Shown: piece by piece, positions 12,150-24,305 of the stretch
How the letters are laid out: every line of letters starts with the position of its first letter
How positions within the stretch are numbered: position 1 is the stretch's first letter
DNA from: Anthoceros angustus
Taxonomy: Eukaryota; Plantae; Anthocerotophyta
Assembly (NCBI GenBank): GCA_010909165.1
Contig: VJWM01000063.1
Location: 1,759,595 to 1,823,594 of the forward strand
DNA length: 64,000 nt
Direction: 5' to 3'
The notes under the pieces: model-generated
The model's input: the letters and a program-made list of their open reading frames with translations, nothing else
Databases searched by the model: none
Told to the model about the DNA's origin: nothing
Program-made: the position numbers and the translations under genes

Positions 12150-14664
12150 TTAAGTTAACCTGGCAACCCACCACTCGGAGGGGGCTGGGCACAAAGGCTC
12201 CAAGGAATCAAAGACGTCACCTGCAAAACCAGAGATCACACTATCAGGACTGCAGGAATCCGACTCCGCTTTGCTCCCGCACTGGTCATGATGGTGGATG
12301 CTGGAGTCCTCTGAGTAGAGCATTGGCAGCTTCTCCCACTGGTGACTGCTGGCAAGAAAGCTTGGCAGCTCAGGGCTGAAAACCTGGCTACTCTGTAGTG
12401 TGGAGGCCTCAGAGTGAAGCAGAAAATCAAGGTAGTTGGTGTTGCTGGGCTGCTGCTGGTCAGGCAGGCTGACACCAAACTCTGAGCGGCTGCCATTCTG
12501 CAACAGGCTGGTGGGGACCCCAATTGCATCTGGAAGCAGCTGTGATGAGTCCAGGGATCCAATAGAGTCACTGCCTCCGCTGCCCCCACCACCTCCACTA
12601 TGGCTAGAGTGCACCTCAAAGCACGAAGTTCTGGCATCTCTCCTTGAGCGAGGCCGCCGCTTAACAGATCTGGAGTTCCTGCTTGTCACCACTTGAACAG
12701 GGGAAGTGTGGTGGTACAGCACTGAGCTGTGATGCCTGACATCATCATGGGAACCAAGCACCCTCCCTGTTTGATGCGGAAATTCAGAGTCAGTATAATG
12801 GTGAGAATCTCCTGTAACCATATCCTGCAGCTTAATGCTCAAAACATCATCTACGTCAAGGGAGCTGAAAGTCTGCATGTTGTGCCGCAGTCTCCGAAGA
12901 TCTCCTATGTGACCCTGTGGATCCCTGAAAGCACTATCATCTTCGCCAAAAATAAAGGGAGGCACAAAGCTGGATGGCACTACCGAACCATGAGTTCCCG
13001 AAGGGCTGTGCACCTGCATGCACGCACCAAGTTTTCTTCTGGTCACCAGTTTTCACATCAGAAGGTTAGTTGACACCCAAGTGATCTGGCTTCTCCCTTG
13101 ATGTCGCCCTGGGAAGAGACCCAAAAACAGGCATGATGTGGCCATTTGAGAAGGGGCGGAAAACTAGGAACAAAAATTTGGATGCCACATATAATGTTGT
13201 AATGTTGCCTTAATAAAAGCTTCACTCTGTTCTCTCTCTCTCTTTCTCTCTGGAGATTTGTCACTGGTTGGATTCATTTTAATACGTTCTTTTTTGTAAG
13301 TCTGCATCCAAGGAATTGAGACAATAGCTTCATTCATTCATTCAGTTGCTCGCTCAGATAGTTCTCAACCTCCCTTCTGCTACTGCTCTTGGTTTGGACT
13401 CCAACCCTTTGAGAATGTTACGACAGAAGGTCGACACGATTAAGACAGCGAAACACCCCATGGACCCTCACAAGCCAACGCACATCCTCACAACAGCAGC
13501 CTACAGGTTACTACTGCATTTAACAAGTTGCACTCCCCCCGACTCCAACCCAAGTTGGTTAAATTATTTGTAGAAATTAAAAGATTCCAAGGCACCTGAA
13601 AGGCTGCAAAGTCACTCATAGAGGGGTCTTTGCTGAGGTCAGATGTGTCCGCAGATGCATCCGTGCTTCCAGATGGCATCTTAGGGCGCTGGAGAGCACG
13701 AAGAATTCGTTTTTGCCGAGTGCTCCAGAAATTTTTAACATCATTGTCTGTGCGGCCTGGAAGACAGGATGCTATTTTTGCCCATTTGTTGCCAAGCTTA
13801 GCTTGCATTTCCACTACAAGCTTCTCTTCCTCTGGAGAAAACTTGCAACCACTTCTGCAAATACATTGGTAGGTTTAGGAGATCAAGCTGGATAATTCAG
13901 AAGTAGAGCTCATTCCTTTCTTCCCTTAAAAGTTATACTGGGACAGCAATTGTAAGGTCAGGTGAGTTTTAGAAGTTCATTTGTTTCTAGCAGTCCCTTC
14001 CTTTTCATTTCTTCCCACCCAGCCTTAGAGGACACAAGTAGGAGACACAGGTGAGCAGGGCAAAATATCAGTCTAAAAAACTTTATCTGCAGCCACATTG
14101 TGAGACAAGAGCAGCATATCATGCAGCACCTCTACGACATCCTGCAAGTCAGCATCAGCTGCAGCCGTCTCAACACGGTTAGCCAAGCTCGTGAGTACAG
14201 CACCATTACAGCTAGCTTCCACTACGAGCTACACAACCGGCCCGTTCAAACTTGCTAACCAGAAGCAGCAGCGCCAAGGTAAGCAGCACATGCATGCAAG
14301 GCGCGGCCCGAGCAGCGGATGAAGGTCAAGAAAACTAGTACCTCTTAAGATCGGGCTTCAGTTTGTTCACCCAGCGCAGGCGACAGGACTTGCCGGTGCG
14401 GGGGAGCAATCCCTTGGACCGAATGGAACTCCAATCACGTGCGCCGAACTGGCGCACATACTCCACCAATATCTCGTCCTCCTCGGGCATCCAGGGCCCC
14501 TTCCGCAGCACCTCCTCCCCGTTCTGCATGGGCTTCATACTCATCCTCGGGTCCTTGTGCAGCAGCGAGTGCGCCTGCAGCAGTTGCAGATGGTGGCTGG
14601 CGGTAACTCCCTGCACCTGGCCGGCACCGCTCCCGAAATCCGCCTGCCCCGACCGCGTTATCAT
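12150..14664 (-). CDS. DUO1: R2R3-MYB transcription factor DUO1 (male germline/sperm regulator); exons 14664 (or 14544)-14342, 13854-13596, 13013-12150
   Basis: KGPWMPEEDEIL...[43 protein letters not shown]...GNKWAKIASCLPGRTDNDVKNFWSTRQKRILRAL matches the DUO1 clade, including the extra Lys in GCKFS. GT-AG introns keep the frame. Confidence 0.92.
14413..14433 (-). promoter_or_regulatory. miR159/miR319-type complementary site within the DUO1 MYB coding sequence
   Basis: Sense sequence TGGAGTTCCATTCGGTCCAAG (WSSIRSK), at the position of the known angiosperm DUO1 miR159 site. Confidence 0.6.
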
Positions 14665-15054
14665 CCAACTCGCTCGGCGGCGGAGTCAATGCGATGCTAT
14701 GAGATGCTCCTCCTCCTTCCCGAATCCGATCCGATCACGTCACCAAGCAGCAGCAGCAGCAAGAAGAAGGCGGCTGTGAGCTCTGGCGCAGCCAAAAAGC
14801 GCAGCCCCGGTGGCCCGGCTTTTGAATTTCATGCCTCCCTTCCGCGCCCGATCTCATTCACTCACACGCGCATTCCCGGCCAGCATCGCCTTGCGCTAAT
14901 CCGCGCCAGCCAGCGGCGCCTCTGATCGGAAGCAGGAGCGGAGCGGGCGAGGGGAGTCCGGAGGAAGCCGCGCCGCGAGCGACGGTCGTGAAGGCGCGCG
15001 TGCGCGATCAGATCGGGGCGCGAAGGCTGGTCGGGCTTGCTGCGGGCGATGGCC

Positions 15055-15190
15055 TCAAGGAGAGAGACGAAGGAGGGAGGGACACAGAGAGAGAGAAAGA
15101 GAGAGAGCTCCCGTTCAGAAAATAGAGGAAGCGGGCGGAGAATGAGAGAGAGGAGAGATGAGCGAGCTGGAGAGAGGAGAGAGGATATGA
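15055..15190. repeat. GA/TC-rich microsatellite-like tract upstream of DUO1 (probable 5' UTR or core promoter)
   Basis: Imperfect (GA)n runs. The tract is CT-rich on the DUO1 sense strand. Confidence 0.6.
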
Positions 15191-16138
15191 TCCCATGCTG
15201 GGCTTTTCTACCCGCCTATGTCGCAAGGTTGCTGCTTTCACCGCCTCCTGGTTCAAATTCCGGCGTACGCGCTGATTTTGTGGGGCCGCCGCTGCCGCGG
15301 TAGACGCATGTTTTTACCGCCCCACTTGCCAGCGCGGACGGTGAATCTGCGGGTAGGTACTGGCCAAGGATTTTGACCCAAGAGAGCAGTTACGGAAATT
15401 CATGACACGCACACACATCGAAAACCAGGGAGGAAATGCGGGTAATTCAATACAATCATCAGCTATCCGCCCTTCTAGAGTTAAACGTGGGTCGAACATT
15501 GGACCTCCGCATCGTCCGATTTAGGCTCCCCAACTGAGCTATCGGCGCAGTAACACATATAATTAATTAAACATTCTAAGACCTTTCTGATTTTCCTCGG
15601 GATTACATACGTCACACAGCACACAGCACACGAGCACACGAGCACAGAGCTCTAGAGGGTGATGGAGATGATGTCGTCGAGAATCTACCATTTTGTGGGT
15701 ACGGCAAAGCACGGTTGAGGCTTGGATGGAGGAAAGGGTTTCAGCCTCAGGGGCCTGTTGGTGGGCCTTGTGAGGAGTTTCGGTGTAGAGGCGGAGCTAC
15801 CCACGCTGGAATGCATGGAGGGAAAGAAGGCTTCAGGGGAGAAGGAATTTGGTGAGACAGAGGAAAGAAAGGCTGGCTCTGTGCAGAGGGGAAGCAGTGT
15901 GATGGAGGGAAGAAGACGTGCCCAGGGCAGCAGGAGTCAGGAAGGAGCCAGAGTGGAGGAAAGAAGCCCTAGTAGGATGGGACATACCATAGCAGATGAT
16001 GCCAACATGCGAAGGCTTGATCAACTGCTGAGCAGTAAGCATTTTTGCCGACAGTACCTTGTGTGTACTGAGGGGAGGGGAGAGGAGATGGGAATCCGTC
16101 AGGAGTATCCATGCTCGTCTGTATGAAAGGGTTATGCC

Positions 16139-17947
16139 ATGGCTCATGCAGAACTGGGTGCGCTTGCCAATGACGCCGAGTTGGAGCGCAGTGCAGACGC
16201 AGGTACTGCATGTGGCTTTGTGGGCGTTCCCCTTCTTGGTGTAAGAAGATATTGTCCGCAGTCGGAACAGGAATATGGCTTTGTGGTGGTTTACTAATGT
16301 ATGTTCGGCTGGATCGGTGAAGGCAATGCAGGGGAATCCAAGAATCAGTGCACGGACTTGATAAACCAGTTCTGCAGCGTGGACACATTGCTCAAGGTGG
16401 GGCTTCTTCTGTCCACTCAGAATGCATCCAGCCTCCTTCTCCTTCTCCGACAGGTCATTGATCCTTCGTGACTGCAGGAACATATGCAGAAGGATCTCCA
16501 GAGGGAGAGGGAGCTTCTGCCAAAGCCCTCTCCTCCGCAACTGCCAACTCGGGGAGACGACATCCCACGACGAGAGCAGTTGATACCAGAAAGAAAGAAG
16601 GCTCCTGTAGCCAATCACAGCAACAGGTCTGTGGACACGAGGTTGGAAACTGCCATTGAGCAGCTTATGGAGGCAACCAAGTCTCATCTTCTGAACAAGA
16701 AAATGGGTTGGTACACGTTTTGAAATCCTCTCAGGTCTGTAGGTCACGATGGTGCTCATGGGGTGTTGATAGTACCGGTTTCTGACGCTCAGAGGCTCAG
16801 CGAATGGAGGATAGCCTGCAAAGAGCCTTGGGAGAGCTGGATACGGTGAAGGCGCATGAGGAGCAGTTGCTGATGAAGAGGTTTACGTACCTTGAACACG
16901 TAAGATGGTGAACTTCCAGAATGTTCTCCACACATAATGCAGTACTGCAAGATAACAACCAGGTGGAATACCTAGTACAGCATATCCTGTGATGGAACAA
17001 GTTGAGAAGCACTGCCAGGAAGTTTGACTTGAACTTGATCTCTTTCTCCTCTCCCTGGCAGCAATACAGAGAAAGGGCTTCACAACTGGAAAGGGAGTTC
17101 GCAATGCGAAACAATGAGCTACGGCAGGCAGCCATCTCACAGATAGCTTCATTTAAGCAAAAGGTAAGGTGGCATCCTCAGGACACCTGTGATCTGAAAA
17201 CAATTTTGAAGCAGGACATGTGCATCAACCTACATTCCATGTTACAGAGCGAGAATGCTGTGCTAGCCAAGGTTGAGTCATTGTTGATGGAACTTGATGG
17301 CAACTCAACACAAAAATCAGGATCTTCTGGCAAGCTAACTGCTGCAGCATCGTATTTACAAAACAGGTTTTTGCTTGCCCTTCTGTTTATGAACTTTTCT
17401 CCTGGTTAGCCTAATTGGCTTAGCTTTGAAAAAGGGAAGGCAAGCAAAGAAGAACTTGAGAACAAAACCTCTCAGCAGTTTAACCTATCTGTTCTGGGCA
17501 TGTAGGTTGAATCAGAATGAAGAGGACACGCAACCATACTTCAACCAGGACGCACTTTACTCGTCTAGAGCACATGATCCTCCCATGACGGGAGACAATG
17601 GGCATGATGGCTGGTTTACCTCATCACAGGGTATAGAGAAATGTCGTAGGTGGGATTCTTATGTTGATACTGCTCCAGACATGGAGGAAGTGTTCTTCAG
17701 AACACACACAGCCCTTGAAGATAGACTGAAACCTCCCAAACTGAAGAGCCCCTCGAAGCTGCTGTTCAGGCCTCTTAGAGTCTCCTTTGGCCCCTCTTCC
17801 GCTGAAGACGAGTTCAAGGGTGAAGATCTGCACGTCGACGCCGTTCCATTGCTGCCTAAAAACGGAATAGTTTTGCCCGGGCATGCAAGAAAACTGCAGC
17901 AGGATGGCAAATATTTAAGTACTGCCGGCCGAGCGTTCAACATCTAG
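16139..17947 (+). CDS. Unknown multi-exon coiled-coil protein, divergent from DUO1
   Basis: Phase-consistent GT-AG exons 16139-16202, 16332-16396, 16478-16706, 16793-16880, ~17069-17163, ~17248-17366 and ~17508-17947. Heptad-like segments EAQRMEDSLQRALGELDTVKAHEEQLLMK and ERASQLEREFAMRNNELRQ. The start may lie further upstream. Confidence 0.7.
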
Positions 17948-18301
17948 ATCTTACGAACGGATGTGAAGAACACCGAAGAGATAGTGGCATCCGAAAAAAA
18001 CTACCAATGAAAGAATCTTTGTTCTGGCACTTGCCAAATCTTTACCACTCAGAACGCCGACATGATAGAGAAATGGAGACTAGATACCAACCAACCTACA
18101 TATACAGTAGTCCTCGTGTGTAATTTATGTACGACTACAATCCGAGGCTAGAAGATATACCATCAACCTTGCAATTTTCTAATCCCAATATCCCATATGT
18201 ATCCCAATTCATGTTGTATCAAAGCCCAACAAAGTCCCAACATGAATTCAGCACACTGCAGAGTAATATAGCTCATCCCGTATGAACATTGTGGTCCTAG
18301 T

Positions 18302-20663
18302 TTAGTACAGTCTGATCCGTGTGCTGATTACGAGTCGACAGATGGGACAGCTCTCCAATCCCTGCCCACATTCTCGACAAGTCTGCAGAAACGAGTTCCC
18401 AGGTTAGATCCAGTTTTGAAGACATTCTGACTAGAAATGTAGTGCAATGCCAGATACCTGGTGGCCGCAGCCAAATGCCATGTCTTTCCGCTCGGTTAGA
18501 CAGACTGGACAGAGCTGCACTTGAAGCGACAAAAGTTAAAAAAAAACCATGCCAACTAGTTCACGAACTATACAGATAACAAGTACAGGTCATGTTGATC
18601 AGAGATGATGGGTACCTGGGCATCGCTGACTCTGTTGGGTGAGGCCACTGTCGATTGAATATTTCGCAAAGGGGACTGGGAAAAGTACTCTGCACGCTGA
18701 GAGGTGGCATAGAACTCGCTGAGATCAGGGTAGCGTTGCATGCTTGTCGAGTGAGGAAAGCTGCTCACAGCAGAGTCTGCTTGCAGAACTCCTTGGGGGG
18801 GTGGTAGCGGGGGATGACTCTTCACTTTACCATTTCGCTTGCTGCATTAGGAAACACCGAAGTCCAAAGTTAAAAGCAGCTCAGACAGAACCAGGCTAAC
18901 AAGTTGTTGTTGAATTAGAAACCAAGAATAGCTATGTCGTTTGATCAAGCAAGGACTTTTACCCCAAGATGTTAAGCTCTATGGTGGCCTTATACTGGCC
19001 AGGTATTTCCATGAGAGCCGATAGCGCAAACAAAGCCTCCTTTTGAGATATTGCCATGTTTTTACCCATTATCTGGGAAAAGTTCACAAACTACATAAAA
19101 AAAAACACGTCTCCATTAGAACCAAGAGGTCCGAACCCGGATGAACTGGAAGGGTAGTAGGTTCCCCACCTGGAAATTATCGAAACCTCGAGCTGGGATA
19201 TTGTCATCAAACTCACGCATCATATCCCAAGGGCCATCACCTACTCCAACCACCACTATTGAGAGAGCAAGCTCACTGCCATCGAAGTTTCAAAAAGAAC
19301 AAACCTGCATGCTTGTCAGTAGGCTAGATCTGAGACAGTTTTCACATAGGCTGCAACAGCAAGAAGACTTTACCTCGCAGCGACAATTGCATCAATGGTT
19401 GCTTGCTCTTGCGGGCTTAATCCGCCATCTTCCGTGTCCACACTCCTTGTCACCTGCCAGCCCAGACTCAGCAAAATTTGAGACCTTGAAAAGCGTCACA
19501 AAGTGCAAAGACCAGTTCAACTGAAGGCAGAGACAGTCACGTGGGCTGCAACGGACCTGCCCATCTGCAATGATGAGGAGGACATGATACTGCCCTCCAG
19601 TCTGCTCAACAATGGCCGTCGCTGCTTCAATAATAGGAGCGAAGGAAGTTGGCCCTGTAATTGTTCCGAGTAAGAATCTGTGACCCACATTAATGTTGTA
19701 GTACACCCAGCTTGCTCTTAGCGTTAACCAAAGATGCTTTGGTACATCTCCAGAGAAGTTGCCCAACATACGGCTAGCATTTGCGTCTAAAACGAGATTT
19801 AGGCTGGCTAGCTTACCAGCAAGGCGAAGATGAGGAACAATTGCGCGGTATCTCGAAAGAGCTTCCTCAAATCCGTGACAGGGCCGGTGGTCCGGCAGAA
19901 AACTAAATACATAGTGATCGTGCGTTGAGGCTGGTCAGGAGAAGAGAAGAATTCAGTTTCTTGTGTGACGAAACACCAAAACATCCAAAACAACACCTGA
20001 ACTTCAAGCATCGACCGTGACACGAACCACAAACCCCATCGTTACTTACCATCTCCAAAACCAAAGCATGGAATTAGATTGTCATCATCAAAAGCTGATA
20101 ACGTCTTGCCGATAATGGAAATGGCCTGCTCATAAGGATTAGGAGTAGCGCCGATGGCATGCAGGCTTCGACCATTAAACGAGTGCTTCCCTGCCAAACC
20201 AGAAACCCCCTCAGGAAGCACGCCACCTCAGCCATGTCCGTCACAACATCCAGCAGTCAGGTCGGCACAGCACAACACAGCACCTGTCCATTCATTGCTT
20301 TTGGTGAAGTCGATCCCGACTATGAGATTGGACGACTCCAGGCCAGCTTGACTCAACGCTTGCTGCACCTGCGGAAACAGCAGAGGTGAGCTACGACTCT
20401 TCCCACACTCCAAACCCTCGCCTCCGCTGCCGAATTTCAAAATCTTGCAAGAAAAACCGCTCTGCACCTCCTGGCAAATCCAGCACCAGCACCTGCTCAA
20501 GAGTGGTGAACTGGTCGCTGATGTGCGAGTACTTCCTGGAGAATTTCCGCCCTAACGGAGTGCTCGCTTCTCCCCCTCGCGCGGGAGGCGGGTATCGCGG
20601 AGAAGACGATCCCGACGACCATCCGGACTGCGACAATGCAGTGCTGGAGCGGGAGTTCCCCAT
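18302..20663 (-). CDS. RGLG: RGLG-family copine/vWA + C3HC4 RING E3 ubiquitin ligase
   Basis: N-myristoylation-type start MGNSRSS. Exons encode [103 protein letters not shown] and the [38 protein letters not shown]...IRLY*. Confidence 0.95.
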
Positions 20664-22539
20664 CCCAGGCAGCTCCGATCACGCCATTGCAACGCGCATC
20701 ACCACCGGATCCAAACCCGCTTCCCGCGCCCGCTGTTGCCACTCCCAGGCCCCTAACCAGCTGCGTCTCGCTCCTGCATTCTCCCGGCCTCTTCCGGCTT
20801 CTGCTCTGCTCTCCTCCGGCGCGCCTGGAGTAGGACGATGTCGATAAGAACGAAGTCCTCAGGGATCAGGCTTCCCGGTATCAAAGCAACCCCATGAGCC
20901 TGTCCTTGTTTGGACGCGGCAACGTCAAGAGAGTGAACGCAAGAAGAATGACGAGACCGCGGAGTACCTGAAAGCTTTGCAGTCAAGTCGCTCCCCCCAT
21001 GGTCCCCTGGAGTTTATTGAAGTGTATTCGGCATTGCCTCGTCTCTATCATAAGCGAGATTTAGAATATTAAAGTGGGAGCGCCACGAAAGGCCCCCGTG
21101 CCTCTTTGTTCTCCGTTCCTCTACAGTCGCGGCCATGGGGAGATGTGTGTCAGAGTGCTTTCTCAGAAGGGACTTAGAGCTTGCAGATAGTGGAATGGAA
21201 TCCACTCAGATCCCTCGAACCGATGAGTATTTGGAGGTTGATGTTGGCAGTATGGTATTATGAGCCCTCCAGTATTGAAAGCCCTTATTTGGGAAGCCTC
21301 TTCGTGGTCCCTGATTGATCAGTTCAGCGGGTGATGTGCCTCCTCTCAATTATGAGTCCTTCTGACAAGGAGAGCACGCAAAGTGCAGCCTAAACGGAAG
21401 TATCTGGCAGGAGACAAGTCCGTGGGACAGATCCTGTTCCAAGAGCAGAGACCTGTACCAATGTCAGAAGTAGACAAGCTCAATCAATGGTGGAGCCAAC
21501 TGATATGCCCAGTGAGATACATACAGTCGGCAAGAGACGGACAGAGGTGGTGATGAAGCTGGAGCCAAGTGAGGAGCACTTGGGAACTGGAGCACATGAC
21601 CCAGATGATATCTCCGAGGAGGAGCAGCGAAAAAGCCGGCAAGGGATTGCTTCGGCAAGTTGGGAGAACGTTAAGTACTTCATCGTCTGCAGGATATGCA
21701 TTGAAGAATGAAAAGTACAGATGCTTCTTCCATGTCATCAACTCCAGAGGCTAGTGGTCTGAGTGAGAAATCAGAAGAACGATACAGAGTCTGGCACTGA
21801 TGGCAGTGAGGGCTCCGTTGATCTTGATCTTGACAATGAGGATGTTGTGGTGTTCCAAATCTTCTAAGCCTTCCTCTGATGTTCAGTTTAGGTTTCAAGA
21901 CAAACTAAAACGTGACCACGTGAAGGAAGAATATTCACCCCGTGGGCTGTGACGAGGATTGAAGTATAGTCACCAACCTGTGACGCCCTTAAACGAGTAC
22001 GATTGACAAAACTTTCGGAGAAGGAGCCAGGAGGGCTGTTGTACCCTTGCGTGTTACGGCTCATACGTTGTTCTGAATTCCTGCAGATGGTCGGGTGAGT
22101 CTGCTTATGTATGCTGGAAGATGAGATAATTCTTCATGCGGCATTGCCCGTCCTGGAGTGCAGGGTTCTCGTAGCCTCATGGTCTTGCCATTTGCGAGCA
22201 CCGAAGATCTGGGCTTCTGAATCATCGCTCGCGAGACCAAGACAGCGCCAGGAAGACCGTGACATTCCGCGACTCAGCGGCTTATAGATTTAGAGGTTCT
22301 GCAAGGGATTTCGTCCCGAGCTGACAGAACGGTGTACGTCATTCGCGAAGCACCGACTTCACGGTCTGGTGCTCCGAAAGAAGAACATCCGCGGCAGCAA
22401 GGAGCCCGATAGTGAGAGCTGCGAGGAAGAGGGAGGAGTGATGCTGAAGGAGGAGAATTGGAATGTGAAAGGGGTTGAGGGAGAGCCCCCTAGCCACCTT
22501 TAAACAATAAATAACAAATAGTGCAAGGTGGAAATGGCG

Positions 22540-22611
22540 GCCTCTATAGCTCAGTGGTAGAGCGTCAGTCTTGTAAACTGAAGGTCTTGAGTTCGATCCT
22601 CAGTGGAGGCA
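22540..22611 (+). tRNA. tRNA-Thr(UGU)
   Basis: Full cloverleaf: acceptor GCCTCTA/TGGAGGC, D-arm GCTC/GAGC, anticodon stem TCAGT/ACTGA with loop CTTGTAA, T-loop TTCGATC. Confidence 0.95.
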
Positions 22612-22809
22612 ATGTTAAGGGAAGCGATGATTACTTTTCTCTAATCTATTCTTGTTTTGTCCAGCTAAAATAATTTTAGGTGCTTAAGTGAGACTTCAAT
22701 TTGCAAGACCTTTTCTAAGTGGAGTTGAGATTTGCAAATGAATCTAGATTTGGTATAATTGGAGATTATGAACCTATTTTTGATCCATTTATCATATTTT
22801 GAAATTAAT

Positions 22810-23048
22810 ATATATAAAATTTCTCAATTATAGAAGGATAACTTTAATGAATGCTTGGAACAAAACCTCTCAATTATAAATTAAAGGGGTTTCGATTTAT
22901 CCATTCCATAGGAAGGGAGTACTATTTATCAGATTTTAAAATTAATATTTATACAATTTCTCAATTAGAGAGGGATAACTTTAATAAACGCTTGGAACAA
23001 AACCTCTCAATTACAAATTAAAGGGGTTTCCATTTATACCATTCCATA
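22810..23048. repeat. AT-rich direct repeat, ~137 bp period (2 copies)
   Basis: TTCTCAATTA...GCTTGGAACAAAACCTCTCAATTA...AAAGGGGTTTC...CCATTCCATA starts at 22821 and 22958. Confidence 0.85.
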
Positions 23049-23227
23049 TTAAAGGCAGTAAGCTTAGGTGTCTCGGTAAAAGGGCTTTCCCATACACCTA
23101 GGGTGTTAACATTGAGAAACAACATGTCAATAAAAGGTAGGTGTGGTGTGCATGATGGTGCAAGCTGGCTAACACCAAAACAAGAGTAGATGTGCATATG
23201 AGCTAATGACAGCCCAGTGGGCAAGCT

Positions 23228-24305
23228 TTCGACAAAGATCTGACCATGGCTCGACAGGGGGTGGACTTATAAGGGATTCTTTCGACAAAGATCTGACCAT
23301 CGCTCGACAAGGGGTGGACTTATAAGGGATTCGTACCTACATACAGACAGACACATACAGACTTAGTACCTATGTATGTGATAAAGCATCACTTACACTA
23401 TATTGCTAACCAGCCAACAGTTGGCCATCATGTGGCTTCAATTTTTTGTTTTTTGATACCATGCATTGATGATATTGACGAGTTCTTAGATATTGGGCGG
23501 CTGTTGACTTACCTTGCCACCATGTTGTAGCCAATAAAAGGCCTCTTGCCTTGTGATGCATTCTTTGTGCAACACCTGGTTCTTGGGACCTCCATGATAG
23601 CTCATCTTAATTTTTGCTCTCCTTATACCCACAACACCTTAGTAGTCCTCCACTCTAATCTGGCATTTCTTGCCGGCTCCTCCTGATGCCTCGCTCTTCC
23701 CGACCCTAGCTTGGGACTCTTTATTACTTTGGTGTTCTTGGGAAGATCGCCAACTTGGTGGCCTACATGGCTCGGCAGGTGGACTTATAAGGGATTCTTT
23801 CGACAAAGATCCACCATCGCCGACAAGGGGTGGACTTATAAGGGATCTGCACTACATGCATGCACACATATGCATTTAGTACCTATGTATGTGATAAAGC
23901 ATCACTTACACTATATTGCTAACCAGCCAACAGTTGGCCATCATGTGGCTTCAATTTTTTGTTTTTTGATACCATGCATTGATGATATTGACGAGTTCTT
24001 AGATATTGGGCGGCTGTTGACTTACCTTGCCACCATGTTGTAGCCAATAAAAGGCCTCTTGCCTTGTGATGCATTCTTTGTGCAACACCTGGTTCTTGGG
24101 ACCTGCACCTCCATGATAGCTCATCTTAATTTTTGCTCTCCTTATACCCACAACACCTTAGTAGTCCTCCACTCTAATCTGGCATTTCTTGCCGGCTCCC
24201 TCTCCCAGTGATGCCTCAGTTCTTTCCGGACCCCTAGCTTGGGACTCTTTATTACTTTGGTGTTCTTGGGAAGACTGCCAACTTGGTGGCCTACATGGCT
24301 CAGCA
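23228..24305. repeat. Tandem duplication, ~0.52 kb unit (23245-23765 / 23766-24293), containing a ~53-bp internal repeat
   Basis: Colinear copies. CATGGCTC occurs at 23245, 23766 and 24294. TTCGACAAAGATC...GTGGACTTATAAGGGAT is repeated with a 53-bp period. Confidence 0.9.

Noticed and set aside
15833-16759. 308-aa minus-strand ORF
   Set aside because: It is antisense to the phase-consistent spliced coiled-coil gene and runs through its introns.
23228-23330. Short direct repeats (53, 58 and 64 bp arrays here and elsewhere) as CRISPR-like arrays
   Set aside because: There are no unique spacers, the units are head-to-tail, and the context is eukaryotic with no cas genes.
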